NCBI RefSeq assembly: GCF_009914755.1
Contig: NC_060929.1
Strand: one strand, 5' to 3'
Origin: the human T2T-CHM13v2.0 reference genome, Homo sapiens
Length of the DNA: 64,000 nt
In this document: in pieces, positions 36,941 through 52,849 of the stretch
How positions within the stretch are numbered: position 1 is the first letter of the stretch
How the letters are laid out: every line of letters starts with the position of its first letter
Position numbers and translations under genes: made by a program
The notes under the pieces: generated by a model
Databases searched by the model: none
Told to the model about the DNA's origin: nothing
Seen by the model: only the letters and a program-made list of their open reading frames with translations

Positions 36941-37324
36941 TTCCCATAGAGTCTTTAGGATATTATTGTTTTCCATTTCTTTGTATAATGAATTTTAATA
37001 TCTATAGTAATTCAAAGGTAAATTTTTATGTCTAGTTTATGAAGATTTTTCAAAAATAAAATTTGAAACAGCTTGCTACTTTGAGTTACAAAAATAATGC
37101 AGAGTGTAGTATCCCTTTCTCTATTCAAAGGGGTATGTACTGGTGAAGACCTTCATGGTAATATTTTCACTTGAGAAGCTTAAGGCATTAGAGAACGAAA
37201 GCTGTATTGACGCAAGAACACTGAAAGAACTCATAAATAGGTTTCTCACTAAGAAAATAGCAGCTAACCATAGAAAAACAACAAAGATATTTTACATATA
37301 TTATGTTATCATGATGGATACACA

Positions 37325-37550
37325 TTGCAGCTTTGAGGTTAAAAGAATGGGCTGTGGGCCCAGAATATCTAAGTTCAAATCTCACCCCTACTGACTCTGA
37401 ATAGTCTTGGTTAAGTTACTTAACCTCTCTGCTTCAGTTTCTTCACCTGGAAAATGGCGATGGCGACAGTGCCTACCTCACAGGGTTATTGTGTTGATTA
37501 AATAAGTTAATATACATGAGGCACTTATCACTGTAATGGCACATAGTAAT
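37325..37550. mobile_element. MIR
   Basis: aagttacttaacctctctgcttcagtttcttcacctggaaaatgg...cctacctcacagggtt. Confidence 0.75.
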
Positions 37551-40082
37551 GTTTAATATGTTTATATTTAATGATAATTTTAAACACCTTTTGTTCTCCA
37601 GAAACTTCCCAGGATCCTCTTCCCCAAACCTTTCAGGTTTGTTTTGTGTTGCAGGTGGTACACACACCTAGAGACATTTTGCTTTCCTTTTATGGGCTTC
37701 TATCCTAATATTCAATGCCTTTCAATTGTATGACCCCCAGCTCCACCCTGACCACAGTCTACTCCTCAAGGGTCCACCTCTTCCCTCACTCTACCAACAA
37801 TCCCTTCCCCTCACAGAGGCCCCTGAAGTGCACTTTTAAGACCTGAGTTTACTACCCCTCATTTTCCTTAAACTTTCCTGAGTCTTCGTTGCAAAACTTT
37901 CTGCTTCTTTTCTGCCATTCTATTTTTCTGCCTTTTAGATTCCCAGTTTCCCTGATCCCCTATTCCCGCCAATTGCCCCCAGTAAGAGACTCAGAATATA
38001 GATAGAGATAAATTCTTATCTTTTTCTAAAATGAATGCACAATTGAATTCGCAGATGAGGTAGTTTTATTTCAAGGAAGGGGAACTCCCTGTTAGGGAGG
38101 GAGTGTTGTGATTAAAGGTCAAATCCTAAGAACTCTTAGACAGTTGGTGTTTCGTAACCATCTAAATCAACTCCTGTTCACTGAGCATCTACTGCATGCA
38201 AGGCACCGAGGTAGGGACCCTGTGGAGGTGAGATGATGAAAACGAAATGGTCTCTGCTCCAGGGTCTCATAGGAATTGGAAAATGTGCACACAGACACAA
38301 GTGGCTCCAATGCAAGGCAGGCTTTGTAAATATCCAGAGGAAAAGGGCATTGTCTTGTTTTCTCTGCTCCCAGCACCTCTTATGCCTCCCAGAAAAGGGC
38401 CTGCCCCTTAGCAGGTGCTTAGCAGTACCTCCCTCGGACCTGGGCAGGAGACTACCCCTGGCCCTGTGTTTTAGAGTACATGATGTGTCACAAATTTGGA
38501 AATAGAAATAGACTCAAGAACACACAGCTGCCCTGATCACTGGGATCTAGTGCACAGTGGTGGCTGGGCAAACATCTGCTCTGGCGATCAACACTAGTGA
38601 GCCCCAGGGAAGCGCAGCTTCACATGCCTTGCCCCAGGGCCTTCAAATGTCAAAAAGTTTTGTGGATGTTGATGCTGCCACTGATGTTGGAAACAACACC
38701 ACTTTGGACACAGGGAGGACCTCACAGGTAGAAGTGTTCAGTAAGAGAAGAGAGAAATCCGCTAACTTGTCAAATGTCTTCCCTCACATAACAGAAACGC
38801 AATGGATTCCTGAATAACATGTCACGTCCTGGTTGTCTGAGAGTCCATGTTCTTGTTTCCCTTTGTGTTCCATTTCATGGATCCCTAACTACTCACAATA
38901 TATGGGCAATATTAACAACATTTGCACACGAACACTAAGGAATATTTTGCAGTATTAAGCATTATGTGTGACTTAGATTTGTATTTATATAGATTTGACA
39001 AAACATTTAAAGTATGTTGTCCATACATTAGCAACTATGTGGCTCTTGAATGCTAGAAGTTCAAATAGTTTTATTTTAATAAAATATTTGATAATCAAAT
39101 TTTCAAAAGTTTTAGAAGTTCAGCTTTATTTAAATCATTTTTATTTAAAATTTTGATGTTTGTCAAATTTGTATTTTGAATTGATTTTTACCTTTTAATA
39201 ATGATAGATCATTGGATTGTTTCAAGTGACTGAACACAAATTATGTGAAATATCTTAATATAACAACATAATTAGTAATTTTGTTGAAATTAAAGCTAGA
39301 AAATTAATTTCATAAAAAAATTGCAAATTACGTGTCTTTATTCCTCATCCAAACATTGTCAGCCCATTAATGGGCTGCAATTAAATACAACTGTCTTTGA
39401 TATTTTGTCATATCAGTCATATGAAAGCCATAACTTTACATACAATATTCAATTTTGTCTTTATAAAAGTATACTTATCAAAGTGGGAACCTAGAACATA
39501 TTTTACTTACTGTTGGCTTACATTTTAACTTTTAAATAATTAAAAATGTTGTAAGGGGCCTCTATCTGTATTCTCACCCCAACCCTGAAAACGTTAGGAA
39601 AGGGATTGGCCCAGGGGTAGTGTAGTGAGGGTTTTAGGAGTGAAGTGGATTTAAGGAAGTGTTTTCAGGAGAAGAGGAAAGAGAGCACGATATATTCCTA
39701 ACTAGGGGCAACTGGTATTTGTGGCTGGAGCCCAGGCCTCAGGACAGGATGTACTATGGTGAGAACTGAACTGTCAATGGTGGAAAGTAAGGGAGATGAT
39801 AGACTGAGAGTTCCATGAGGGTAAAAGGTCATATCTACTTTGATCTCTAGGGTATGTACAGTGTCTAGCACATAGGAGGTAATGCACTTGATATTTGTTG
39901 AATGAATCAAAGAATGTAGATTCCATACTCTATGCAATGTGGAACCATTAAAGGGTTTGAGGAGAGAGGACAGAATCAGAAATGTAGTTGAGAAAGGTAA
40001 CTCCAACAATAGTGGCTAAAATGTATTTGAAAAGGTAGCTAGGAGAGGTGGAAAGACTAATTTTCTTAGTTATATGTTACTA

Positions 40083-40424
40083 CAGTCATGCACCACTTAA
40101 TGACTGGAATACATTTGATACATTCCAAGAAATGCATCATTAGGTGATTTTGTCATTGTGTGAACATCATAGAGTGTATGTACACAAATCTGGATAGTAT
40201 AGCCTACTACACACATAAGCTATATGGTATAGCTTACTGCTCCTAGGCTACAAACCTATATAGCATGTGACTGTGCTGAATACTGTAGGCAGTGTAACAC
40301 AATGGTAAGTATTTGGGTATCCAAATATATCTAAACATAGAAAATGTACAGTAAAAACATGGCATTATAATCTTCTGGGACCACCATCATATATGTGGTC
40401 CCTCATTATGCAGCACATGACTAT
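40083..40424. mobile_element. Tigger3a-like DNA transposon
   Basis: TIR-like cagtcatgc...gcacatgact; internal tatagcctactacacac...ctcctaggctacaaacct. Confidence 0.8.
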
Positions 40425-40555
40425 AATTTATATCCATTGCATTTCTTATTTCCTGAACATACACATGTGGATTATTTTTCTTATATATTAATCCTGACCT
40501 AATCAAGCATTTAACAATCCATAAAACTCATTGGTGTTAGGTACTATAGTTCTAG

Positions 40556-40860
40556 GTCTGCACTGTCCAATACGTCAGCTACCTGTGACCTTTGAGCACT
40601 CAAAATGTGGCTAGTCTGAATTAAGATATTAGAAATGGTCAGTGTAAAACACACACCAGATTTCAAAGCGCCAGAAAAGAGAAACTATCTCATTCGTAAT
40701 ACGTTATACATTGATTGATTACTCGTGGAAATAATTTTTTGGATACGTTATGTAAAATAAAATGCATTATTGAAATTAATTTCACCTGGTTTTAAATGTA
40801 TCTACTAGAAAATTTAATATTATATATGTGGCTTGCACTATATTTTGTTAGACAGCACTC
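40556..40860. mobile_element. MER33/MER3-like (hAT-Charlie)
   Basis: gcactgtccaata...gagcactcaaaatgtggctagt...agacagcact. Confidence 0.7.
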
Positions 40861-40884
40861 TTCTAGTGCATGATAATTTTTGAA

Positions 40885-41192
40885 AATTTTTATTTATTTA
40901 TTTATTTTTAGAGACAGGGTGTTGCTCTGTGGCCCAGGCTGGAGTGCAGTGGTGTGATTATGCACCTTGCAGTCTGGAACTCCAGGGCATAATCCACCGT
41001 CCCATCTCAGCTTCCTGAGTACCTGAGACTACAGGCGTGTGCCACCATGCCCAGCTAATTTTTTTTTTAATTTTTGTAGAGATGAGGGTCTCACTATGTC
41101 ACCCAGGCTGGCCTCAAACTCCAGGCCTCAAGTAACCCTACTGTCTCGGCTTTCCAAAGTGCTGGGATTACAGGCGTGAGCCACTGTGCCCA
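40885..41192 (-). mobile_element. AluJ-like
   Basis: Reverse diverged Alu. Confidence 0.9.
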
Positions 41193-42068
41193 ACCCCATG
41201 CCAACTTTGTATACCTCTTTATAGCAGCTTTGGCCATAAAACAATGGAAATCAATTGCAAAGTGAAGGTGCAAATGTTGCAAAAGATGCAGAAGTGAACA
41301 GAGCCAATGAAAGTGGTCCTGAACTGCTCAGGTCACATGCAAAGCCTTGTGAATGCAGGATTCAGCAGAGTTGGACCAGGAAGTTGGTAAAAGGAAGAAA
41401 AAACTGACAAGGACACTAGTCTAAAAAAAGCAATTGAGTATTACAGGAGGATCTTGGGAAAATGTATGAACCCTTCAAATATTGTTTGCAAAAATGATAG
41501 CCCTCACTAAGCCACAAAGGTCAAATGGAAAAAGAGTATCTCAGCATGCATCAAAAAACAGCAACTACGATGGCCATTCAAAGAATTCAGAGAATCAGTG
41601 CAAGATTGTAAAGTGAGAAGAATTTTGCTTACTCTGAGGCAAATTAAATTTAATAAGTTGTAGTTGTGTTCTTAAATATAAAATCCCAAGTACTTTTCAT
41701 TATTTATTATAAAAATTAATTTCTGATTTTAAGAACATGCAAATACATGCAAAATGTTTAGAAGGTTTATTAATAAGAGGGAATCATACGTATCTCTTAA
41801 GTATTTTACTTTAGCTTAAAACATATAAACAACAGTGTTTTGTTTTGGTTGGTTTGGGGTTTTTTTGGTCAATATTTGGCTGTAAGGCTTTAGTCTTTAA
41901 AATGTGGGTTCACCGTTTAGAGTTCCATGTATCTTTCACATCATCTACAATTTTCAGTTTTAGTTTTTTTAAAGTGACTACTGATAGATACCTGCAAAGT
42001 AAATTCTTCCCAATCTTTCATAATGGTCATACCCACAACTAATTTGACAGATTTTTTCAGTGCCTCGC

Positions 42069-42369
42069 CTCAAATACTTCCTATTAACATATGGTAAAGG
42101 AAGAACACCCTTTCAATTAAGCATGTCCTCTGATCATTTTTCTCTTAAAAAATCAGTGTGTCCATATGCAAATGCATAATGACAACCTGAATATTCACAT
42201 AAGTGATTAAAATAAAAATGACTAGAAGCATCAAAAACTATTGGAAAGACTGGCACTTAGGTTTCCCCGTGGTGGTATGCGGTGGCTGGGAAGAAGTTAG
42301 AGAATTGTTAACTAGTTGATAAGTGTTGCACTGGGTACTGCCTCACTTTGATCCCCAGTTTCAATCACT
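42069..42369 (+). repeat. Copy 1 of a ~300-bp diverged direct repeat
   Basis: Collinear with 43651-43944. Confidence 0.9.
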
Positions 42370-43650
42370 TTTCTCTCAAAGCATTTCACTTCATTTTCAC
42401 TGGAACAACTTTCTTTTCGCACACACATACTCATGTTTTTAAATTTAATAATCAATTGTGTAATATTTAATTAAATTTCACAAGGAACATTGTAATAGGT
42501 GGAATCAAGTTTGGGAACAAGCACAATGGATTCTCATGGGACCCATAACTCACCTAGTGGGAACAGAAGTATGCAGGTGCACACCAGCCGCTGGCCTGAG
42601 CATTTATTGTGCTGTATCATCCCTCTGCATGTTGTACACCACACAGTAATGGCTGGTATCTGTTACTGGATGAGTCAGCTAAATGGAGGCTGGTTAAGAG
42701 ACCTTCTACTATAATGTCATTTACAGTGCCCTTGTAGGGAACCAATTATCCCACTGATGACAGGATTTTCTGACTTAGAACATCTGAAAACACCTGGGAA
42801 GTATGTTGTCTGGAAAGAACATGCAGAAACCAAATTCTAGCCCCAGCACTCCTGCAAGTATTCCATAATAAATATTTGTAAGCTTGAAAGAACACCAGCT
42901 TTTACCCTATTCTCAAGGTTATATTATTCTTTTATGTTTATCTGAGGTATAGATCTCACAAACAGCCATGAATATGTGAATACATTCACATACTGATGGA
43001 TCTGGAATTCTACCAGTCAGCCTGATAAATACCCACTAATAAAAATATCTGTAGATTGGAATATTTTGTTTATTCATTTTTGTAGAAATGAAAAACAACA
43101 AACAATATCCTCAGAGAAGAAAAATTCCTGCATATGCACAGTAGGTGCTTACTAAATATATGATGAATGATGTACAGGCTGAAATATTTCTCCCAATGTA
43201 TATTATGTCTGCTCATTCTAATATTTGTGATATTTATGTACAGTGAGGAAATGCCCAGTGTCAAAGTGGATCCTCAACGTGAATATGCTGCAGGAACTGA
43301 AGTGTGATGTAGGCAGTTTCCAGAAGCACTATGTGGAGGCAGTGATCTGTAATGCACTGGTATTAAGGTTATTGAAATGGTCATGAAATTGCCATGAAAT
43401 TGCATGCGTGAAATCATTGCAAGGTTTACGTCCCAGTGAGGATGGAAATGAAGAGCTTGGAAACAGGAATTGGAGCTTTCAGTCTAGAAACAACCTTGGA
43501 AGAAATACAAGTCTCCTGAATGTTATTAAATAAATCATATTAAGAGAATTCAGAGCCTACAGTACTTGATATTTGACATCCACCTCTCTGCAGTAACATA
43601 GCAGGACTGAAGAGCACCAAAACCAGCTAGAGTCTTAATCACGCATTAGA

Positions 43651-43944
43651 CTCAGAAACTTCTGTTAACATATGGCAGAGGGAGAACACCCTTTTCAGTT
43701 AAGCATGTCCTTTGATTCTCTCTTTAAGAAATCAGTGTGTCCATATGCAGATGCATAATGACAACCTGAATATTTACGTAAACAAAGAAAAAAATGACTC
43801 AAAGCAACAAAAACTGTGGGAAAATACCAACACTTAGGTTTCTCCATGGTAATACGTGGTGGATGGAGGAAGTGAGAGAATTGTAGCTAGTTCATAGTGC
43901 TGCGCTGGGTAGCCCTCTCCCTTTGATCCCCAGTTTCAACCACT
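43651..43944 (+). repeat. Copy 2 of a ~300-bp diverged direct repeat
   Basis: Collinear with 42069-42369. Confidence 0.9.
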
Positions 43945-45362
43945 GTACAAACAGTCAAAAATCAGTTTTGCTGGAATCTCCTTTTTACTCTGCTACTCTG
44001 GCTAAAGTCTTCCACTTACTTTTCTCACTTACAGGTACCTGAATATGTGCGTGCAAATGTAAAAGTCTTTAGATCAAAATAGGAACAAGGAAAGTTTATC
44101 CGTTTCAGTTTAGGATTTGGTGGGTGTGGCAACCCAGGAAGACCTGAGAAATAACCACTGTTTGGTTTGAATGATACATTTGACTGCCATTAAAATAGCA
44201 TATAATTATAGCCTAAATGTAGACTTAATTTTTAACAGATTTATCTGAACTTTCAAAATTTGTACCGTTGGGTGTAACGATCTAAAACTATCTTATGGGA
44301 GATGTTACAGCAGTTTTCAAATCATTGAGCTAATATGAAATCTGGACTTTTTAAAACCCCTCTGATCTAACCTGGTTACGCAGTTAACATTGTATCTGGG
44401 AAAGGGGCTTTCATTTTACCTAGTCTCCAGAAGTCAATGGAATTATTCTGTAAATAGTTCAGGCTTTTGTCTAAATATGTGAAGACTGACAAGACTATCT
44501 CCGTGAGAATCCGCACCCCCCCACCCCAACCTCCCCCCTCCTTAATCATGTTTCACAAAGTAAATCTATAGACGTTCCTCCTGGGTTTTGGGAGATTCCC
44601 CATCCTAAACAAACCAGCTGGAGGAAAGGAAAGGAAGGAAGAAATAAACGCAACACAGAAGTTCTCCTCAGTTGACAAAAGGTCAAAAATCATTAACGTG
44701 TAAATGTTGCTTTTTCCATCCCAAAGCACCTTCTCACGTAGAATCCAGGGACTAGGAGGACTCACAACGCAGCGATGGGCAGCCAGGCCCTGCAGGAGTG
44801 GGGACAGAGGGAACCCGGCCGGTGGCCCGACCCTGCAGGGAAGAAGGACGTGCGGCGAGAAGCATCGGATTCGGGGAGGGCCGGGGGTGACATTACCGAG
44901 CACTTCCTGGCACAGCGCTGGTCCCCTCCCCAAACGCGCTATATGTGGTTCTGTACGGGACTGCCTTTCCCAAAGACAGCCAAGGAAAAACTAAAGATCG
45001 ACGGGGACACCCGCCTCCCTTCCTCGCCCCAACGGTTTCTCAGAGGCTGTGGGGACTTGGTGAGGGTAGGGGGTAGTTGTCCCAAATCAGCAGCTTCAGG
45101 ATGTAAGGTATTACAGAAAACTTTGAAGTTTTGTTATCTGTAGCACAGGGACAGGGGTGGGACAATAGAGAAGGAATGTTTTCTTTTCAAAAGAAAACAC
45201 AAACAAAACTTTATTTTTCTGGTCCGCGGCAGCCTGTCTGCTGAACGTTGACTTGCTTTCGCTTTGCAGCAGGCGACGGTCCCGGGCGCCACCTGCGCGT
45301 CGGTGGGAGGCTGGTCCACGCCCGGGTCCCCCGACGCCCACTGCAAAGGGCAGTGCGAATGA

Positions 45363-46382
<1,020 letters not shown>

Positions 46383-49300
46383 TGAGCAGCACGGCCGGGG
46401 TCGCGGCGGGGACTTGGAGAGCGGGTAGAGGGCAATGAATGAACCCCGGGCACCATGCACGGCGTCCCGGGGTTCAGCGCAGCGAGGCTACGCGCCGCTC
46501 GCCGGGACCTACGCCCCTGAGCACCCCCCGACCCCTTCGGAGTCGGGCGGCGCCCCGGACCCAGCCTGGGGGACCGGACGGGGACGTGCGGAAGAGTTTG
46601 TTATTGTTTGCAGACATGTGACAGGCGTGCGAGCCTCTCTGCGGGGAACCGTTGCGAAAAGGTGTAGGGGGCCACGGCTGGCTTTGTGGGACTCCTGGAA
46701 TCGGGGCTCTCCGAGGAGCCCGGGGGCGGGGCACGGCCCTGCGGCGGCGCCCCCGGACGGGTGTCCCCGGGGCAAAGGCACTGGGGGGCGAGGCCCGAGC
46801 CTGAGGCGGGCGGTGGTCGGAAGAGGGGCGGGGTGGGTGAGAAGCCCGAGGTCGGGTGGGAGACTGAGAGGACCGAAGAGAAAGTAGCAGGTCCCAGCGG
46901 CCGTGACAGGCAGAGCCCCTCGGCCCGCCCGGGACTCGAGTCCCTAGGCAGATACCGCGGGCTGGGCCCGGACGCAGGCGGCGCGCCCCCAGCGCCGGCC
47001 GCAGGGCTCCAGGAGGACGGCTCGGTAACGCCTGTCAAAGCCGTGCGGCGGGAGGCTGCACACTCGCGGAGGCTTGCAGTCTTTTAGGAAGTGCGGTTTG
47101 TCTAATTGCAGCCCCCAAGGGGCTTTGAGTGTTCCTGGGAATGCGAACTGCACTGCTAAGTCACTTGAGTGACTTCTGTTTGGAGTTTGAATTTGGCCTT
47201 TGAAGTTTGCATTTGGCGGAGTGGTGTAAGAGCCAGGACCGGATGTGTCAGCCATTCAGTTTCAAAGCAGTGGTGACTGCTCCCCGCAGCCCCTCCGGCT
47301 TGGCCCGGGGACTGCGGCGCGGGTGCAGTGCTTCCTGCTCGGTGCCCTGGCGCGGGCCGCCCGCTGAATTCCAGGGGCCGCAGTGCGGTGGGCTTCGGCT
47401 CAGATGCGTCTTCTGGTGCATATGAAGTACAGTATGTGTAAGGTAATTTAGACCAGCGGTTTATTGGCCTCGCCCATTTTTGGCTACTGGAAATTTTTAT
47501 GTTAAAGGAAATTCTTTTAAGTGTGACAGCTACATCCTTGTTTGTTTGTTTTTTAAAAACCTGATTAACGTATGCAAAGTACAAAGTCTTGATGGGTATT
47601 TTGAGTTGCTGGAAATGTTTTTGTGATAGTCCCTCGTGGCCCTGTAGAATTCCCTGACCTTTATTATGAGAAGAAAGCGTGTCATTTTGTGAGACGAATT
47701 TGACAGTAGGAGTCCTTGGTTTGGATTCATTATCTAAAGTGATCTGGCATTTTTTGTGCATTTGATTATTTGCTTAAAATCACGATCCATTTAGTATTTG
47801 GAAGTCCCCTTCCTCTCCCCAAGAACTAAAAAATATGCTTCGCACTGTACCATGGCACTACTGAGACCAAAGGAGATTTGTGACTGATACAGTTTTGTGT
47901 GCACTTGTACATGTAATTTATTCTTACAAGAGTTATGTACCTCTATAGTTTTCCCATTTCTGTGCAGATTGTATTAAAACTTAACTGGAATAATTCTTTG
48001 AAGGCAACTTCTACTTTAAATGAATTCCAGATAAAAATTTTTAACCCCAAATTTAAGAAATTGTATCTATTGAGACCTAACTTTTTGGATACAATAAATA
48101 ATTTAGCAAACGTCAGCATTCTAGTACTCTTAATGAGCTGTGAATATAGTAGAAGAGCATCCACTGTAAAAATAATGTACTGAAATTGTTTAATGTTGTC
48201 TCTTGACACAAAATAAGAGGACTAAGGTGGAGGCAGATAGAATTTAGGGACTAAGTAATCCATGCTTAGTATTTGCGTTTTGTAACCGAGGTTTTTTCCC
48301 CTTTGCTTAAGGTGTAGATTATAATTGCACAGTATAAGAAAATAATGGTCTTGTAAGGATAATCTTTTTTAAAGAAATTATTTTTACGAGTCAGAATGCT
48401 GTTGGTTTATCCCAAATGTCATACGTAAAGATTTCATTTATAGTAAAATGTTGATTCCCTAACCTTATGAAATATAGTGAATTTTTTTTTCTTAACAATT
48501 GGGTTGAAATTCATTTGAATCTGTTCGTATAAAACTTTGTGGGGAAAGGGCTTGTATCTTATTTGAGTGTGTATATTTTGTATTGCATGTTGGTTATGCT
48601 ACACTATTACTTACCATTTAAAGTTTTAGGAAAAAAAACCCTTAATTATAGCCAACTCAATAAAATATCAATTGAACTTTATGTTTTACTTTTTTTTGAC
48701 AGTTAAGTTACATTCATACTTCCAAGAGGAAAATCTAAGATTTTGAAATATTTGAGAGTTCTGTGATCTTTTTTTTAATTTTAGAATTTCCTTCTGATCT
48801 TTGAATGTAGAAAATATACTTTGAATTAGAATTTATATAAATAAATAATACTCGTATTTAAATAGAAGATTTTAAGTTTGTCCCTCTTTTTCAGGGTGAT
48901 AGCTGAAATCAGTGAAAGTGCCTGTAAGTGGCGCCCAAGGGTTTGGAATTTTTCCTTATATTACAGAATTTAGGGGCTTTTTCTTCCTATTTACTGTCTT
49001 TGAAGAAAAATTACAGTGTTACTCGCCATTGAACAGCCTATTGTGAGTTTGGTAGATATAATTACCCCATCCTATTTTTGTAACTTAAAAAACCAAACTA
49101 TCAATTTGCTGGCCCCGTGAAAGAACAAGATATGCTGTACTTGTTAATGTTAGTTTTTGTTTAAAACTAAAGGTATTTCACAGGCTGCTTTTATATCCTC
49201 ATATAGCCCTCAGATTTCACTTCCTTTTTAAAGCTATTAGGCTAAAAATATGATTTAGTGACCTTTTACTAAAGAGGAGGTATAGGAGCATTATTACCTA

Positions 49301-50499
49301 AAAATTACTCTTAAAATATTAAGTGGGTGACTTTATAAAAATAAAGGTAGTCACATAAGTTAGTCTTCCGTGAATTTGTAAGTTTTTAGTTAAGAATGGT
49401 GTCAGTTTCATTTTAAATCAGATAAGAAAATTAATGCATTCTTCAAAGATGAACCTTAATATAATTCTGGAAGAGAAATATAAGAGCTAGAATTGTTGCC
49501 AACTTTTATTTTCTTTTCATATCTGATTTTGGCAGGAGTGACTGGTTAACCAACATTCCTTAATATACGATTTCCAATGCACTAAAACTCCATTTTGTTA
49601 GATACGAAAAACAGGAAGTAGCCCTGTTCATTGATATTCATTTACAACTTCCATAGCACCTCGAGCATAATATGTTGCATATTTTAGAAATGGCCACTGA
49701 CTTGTCAACTTGCAGATTTCAAAATGTGGGAAGAAAGGAGTGTTTTTTTGCTTTCAACAAGAGCAAAAAAAAACCAGCTACAGCTTGCCTAGGCTGAGTC
49801 GGCTAATCAGTCCTTGACACTGGCTGTGTGCATCCCAAAGGAAGAAATGAGGGGGTGGCAAGGTAGTTAATGGGGAATGGATTACCATGAGGAAAAATAT
49901 GGGGCATTCAGAAATGCTCTCAGGTAGAAAGCACCTCTTTTGCATTTTGTACTCCAGTCATCTTCTTGGGTTGAGGGCTGTCTGTTACACAGAAGGCGAT
50001 GGGAAAATGTGTCATGGAAAAGTAGTAGTCTCTAGAGGCTGCTTAGGAACTGCGTGTATATTACACCTCTAATCTTGGAATTCTTTGCTTCTATCAAATA
50101 TATCAAGTATAGACTTGGTTGTTTTCCTTAGTCCTTGCCTCTTTCTATATCCTAAGTTAAAAGCTAAAGCAACTTAAACATGTAAATGGTAGACTATTAA
50201 TGTGAGGAAATGTGTAAGATTAGGAGTAACCCAAAGTTGTCTTTAAGAAATTATTTAAGAACATGTTTAATCATGAAAGAAATAATCAGGGCCGGAATTA
50301 GTAAATGGTTCATTGCAAAGCATGAGATTAGTCAGATACTCTTTTCAGTTTGCAAAAATATATTAGGATTTTATCTGTGGCTTAAAACATACTCATTGAG
50401 CATATAGATATGCCTAGATACCTTTTACATAATCAACTCTTTTGCCTTCTGTGTGTGTGTATGATATCTATTATATGTATTATATATATGTTTATATAT

Positions 50500-50670
50500 A
50501 ATCTCATTTGATCATCACTGCAGCCCCCTAAGATAGTGTAATTTCTGTTTTCTGTAGGTGCAAACTCATCTGAGATGGTAAAGCCTCATGATTACACAAC
50601 TAGAAGACAGCTAGGATTCAATCCCAAGTCAGACTGACTCCACAGTCCATTTCTTTCCACTACTCTGCTT
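50500..50670. mobile_element. MIR remnant
   Basis: aatctcatttgatcatcac...ggattcaatcccaagtcagactgactcc. Confidence 0.6.
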
Positions 50671-51879
50671 CTTCCATTTTCTTTTTTCAAATTAATAATC
50701 AAATTAATTGATTATTTTTAAGGAGAAATTTGTTTTGCAGGCATTCTAATAGACCATGAGCTAGGTCTCTACCCTGTGCTAAGTTTGCCTGTTAATGTAT
50801 ATAATAGGTATGTTTCTGTAACCTGGCCTTGTATATGTAATACAAGTAAACTGTATTTGGATCACCCTATCATGTCAGCCAAAGAGGGTTAGTCATTAGT
50901 GTTGAATGTTTCTTAGATTTATTGATTTGTGCTGTATTAAATCATAAGTGAAAGGAGATAAGCTGAAATTAATATGGTTCATTCATGGTAATCACACAGG
51001 AAGAGAAACTTTTACTATTGCTAGACCCTACCCCTTTGTTATTGTTTTAGATTTCATCCATTCAACATTTATGAACTTCTGCAAGGTGGTGGTCTTGAGT
51101 GGTGGAGAAAAAGATCATGAGTGCACAAGCTGTTTCTGTCGGTAGGTTGTAGTATGAACATGTTTCACAATACCGTGTTAAGTGCTATAAGAGAGATGGG
51201 GATACAGAGGGGATACAACATATTAGTTTCAAACTATTTCTGCCTATTTTCTGATAAGAATATATACAAAACTGCATGTTCAGGCATGTTTTTTTTTCTT
51301 CCAAGGGAAAATTAAAAAGGAGATACGGGGAGCAAGAAATTCAACATCTGCTACTGCTAGTTCTGAAATTCTGTCTTTATTATTAGTAACAGCAACTCTA
51401 CTAGTTACGAAAACAACATGGAGAAATATAAAATATTCTTTAGGGCATAAGATGATCAAGAAGATAGCCTTGTCTTTATTTACTCTATGGCATGTCATTG
51501 GTGATTGAGTTATGTTTGGTATGGAAGGGAGTTCTGTATTGTTAGTGATTGAGTCCTTTGGAATACCAGGCTGGTTTGATGCAGATGTTAATTTGATCGA
51601 GATGTCGAGATGTTGTAGCATACTAAGGGGAATTGTTAAAACTCACCAAGTGTATAATTCTGCAAGTACACATCTGTCACCTGGGAATTACTAAGCCACC
51701 AGACCTCTTGAAGCCTGGAGAAAGTGCTTGGAGCCACATGGGACAGCCTACACAGTACTGTAGTTAGTACGTTAACTAAGTTCATCACTTGTAAGCATAA
51801 TGATGGATAGACATGGAGTGAGAACAGGGTCAGTACTGGGGTGTAGGTGGAAGCTTTGCTCTTGACAGATGTTATCATT

Positions 51880-52008
51880 ACTTTTCTTTTTTTATTTTTA
51901 AATTAGAAATGGGTTCTCACTATGTTGCCCAGGCTGGAATCGAACTCCTGGGCTCAGGTGATCTTTCCACATAGCTGGAACTATGGGTGCAAGCCACTGT
52001 GTCTGGCT
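51880..52008 (-). mobile_element. Alu monomer (FLAM-like)
   Basis: tctcactatgttgcccaggctgg...ctcctgggctcaggtgat, single arm. Confidence 0.75.
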
Positions 52009-52344
52009 TTACTTTTCTTCATTGCCTAAACAATAATTTAAGTTATATGTTAACACATAATCTTCAAACTGGTCTTATGGTATTCTGAATACTAAACATC
52101 AGTTGTTAACAGACCAGGAACTTTATCTGATTCTTTGCACCATCTCCCAGCATCTAGACTAGTGTCTGGCACCCATGAATATTAGGTACCCAGAAATGTT
52201 AACATGAATTAATTTTCCAAAAGTGGTTAAATTAGTATATCTGAAGATTAACTTACTGTAGTGAGATTTTAATCATGATCTAGCTTAAGACGAGTTTTGA
52301 AGGCAAGAACTGTCTTTTTTTAGGAGTTTTTGTATATCGTTTGG

Positions 52345-52656
<312 letters not shown>

Positions 52657-52849
52657 TGATGTTTAATAGCAGTAGTTGGCATTTAGCAAGCAGTCATTGA
52701 TAATATTGACCAATTTTATGTAATGTGAGCCTTCTAATAATTAGTGTAGTTACAAAATAATTGGAGCCATGCTCAAACTGTCAAATATTGAGAAAACTGA
52801 ATTCCTGGTATTTGAAAGTGTCTAATTATTTGCGTTAATTGGTAAGCCC

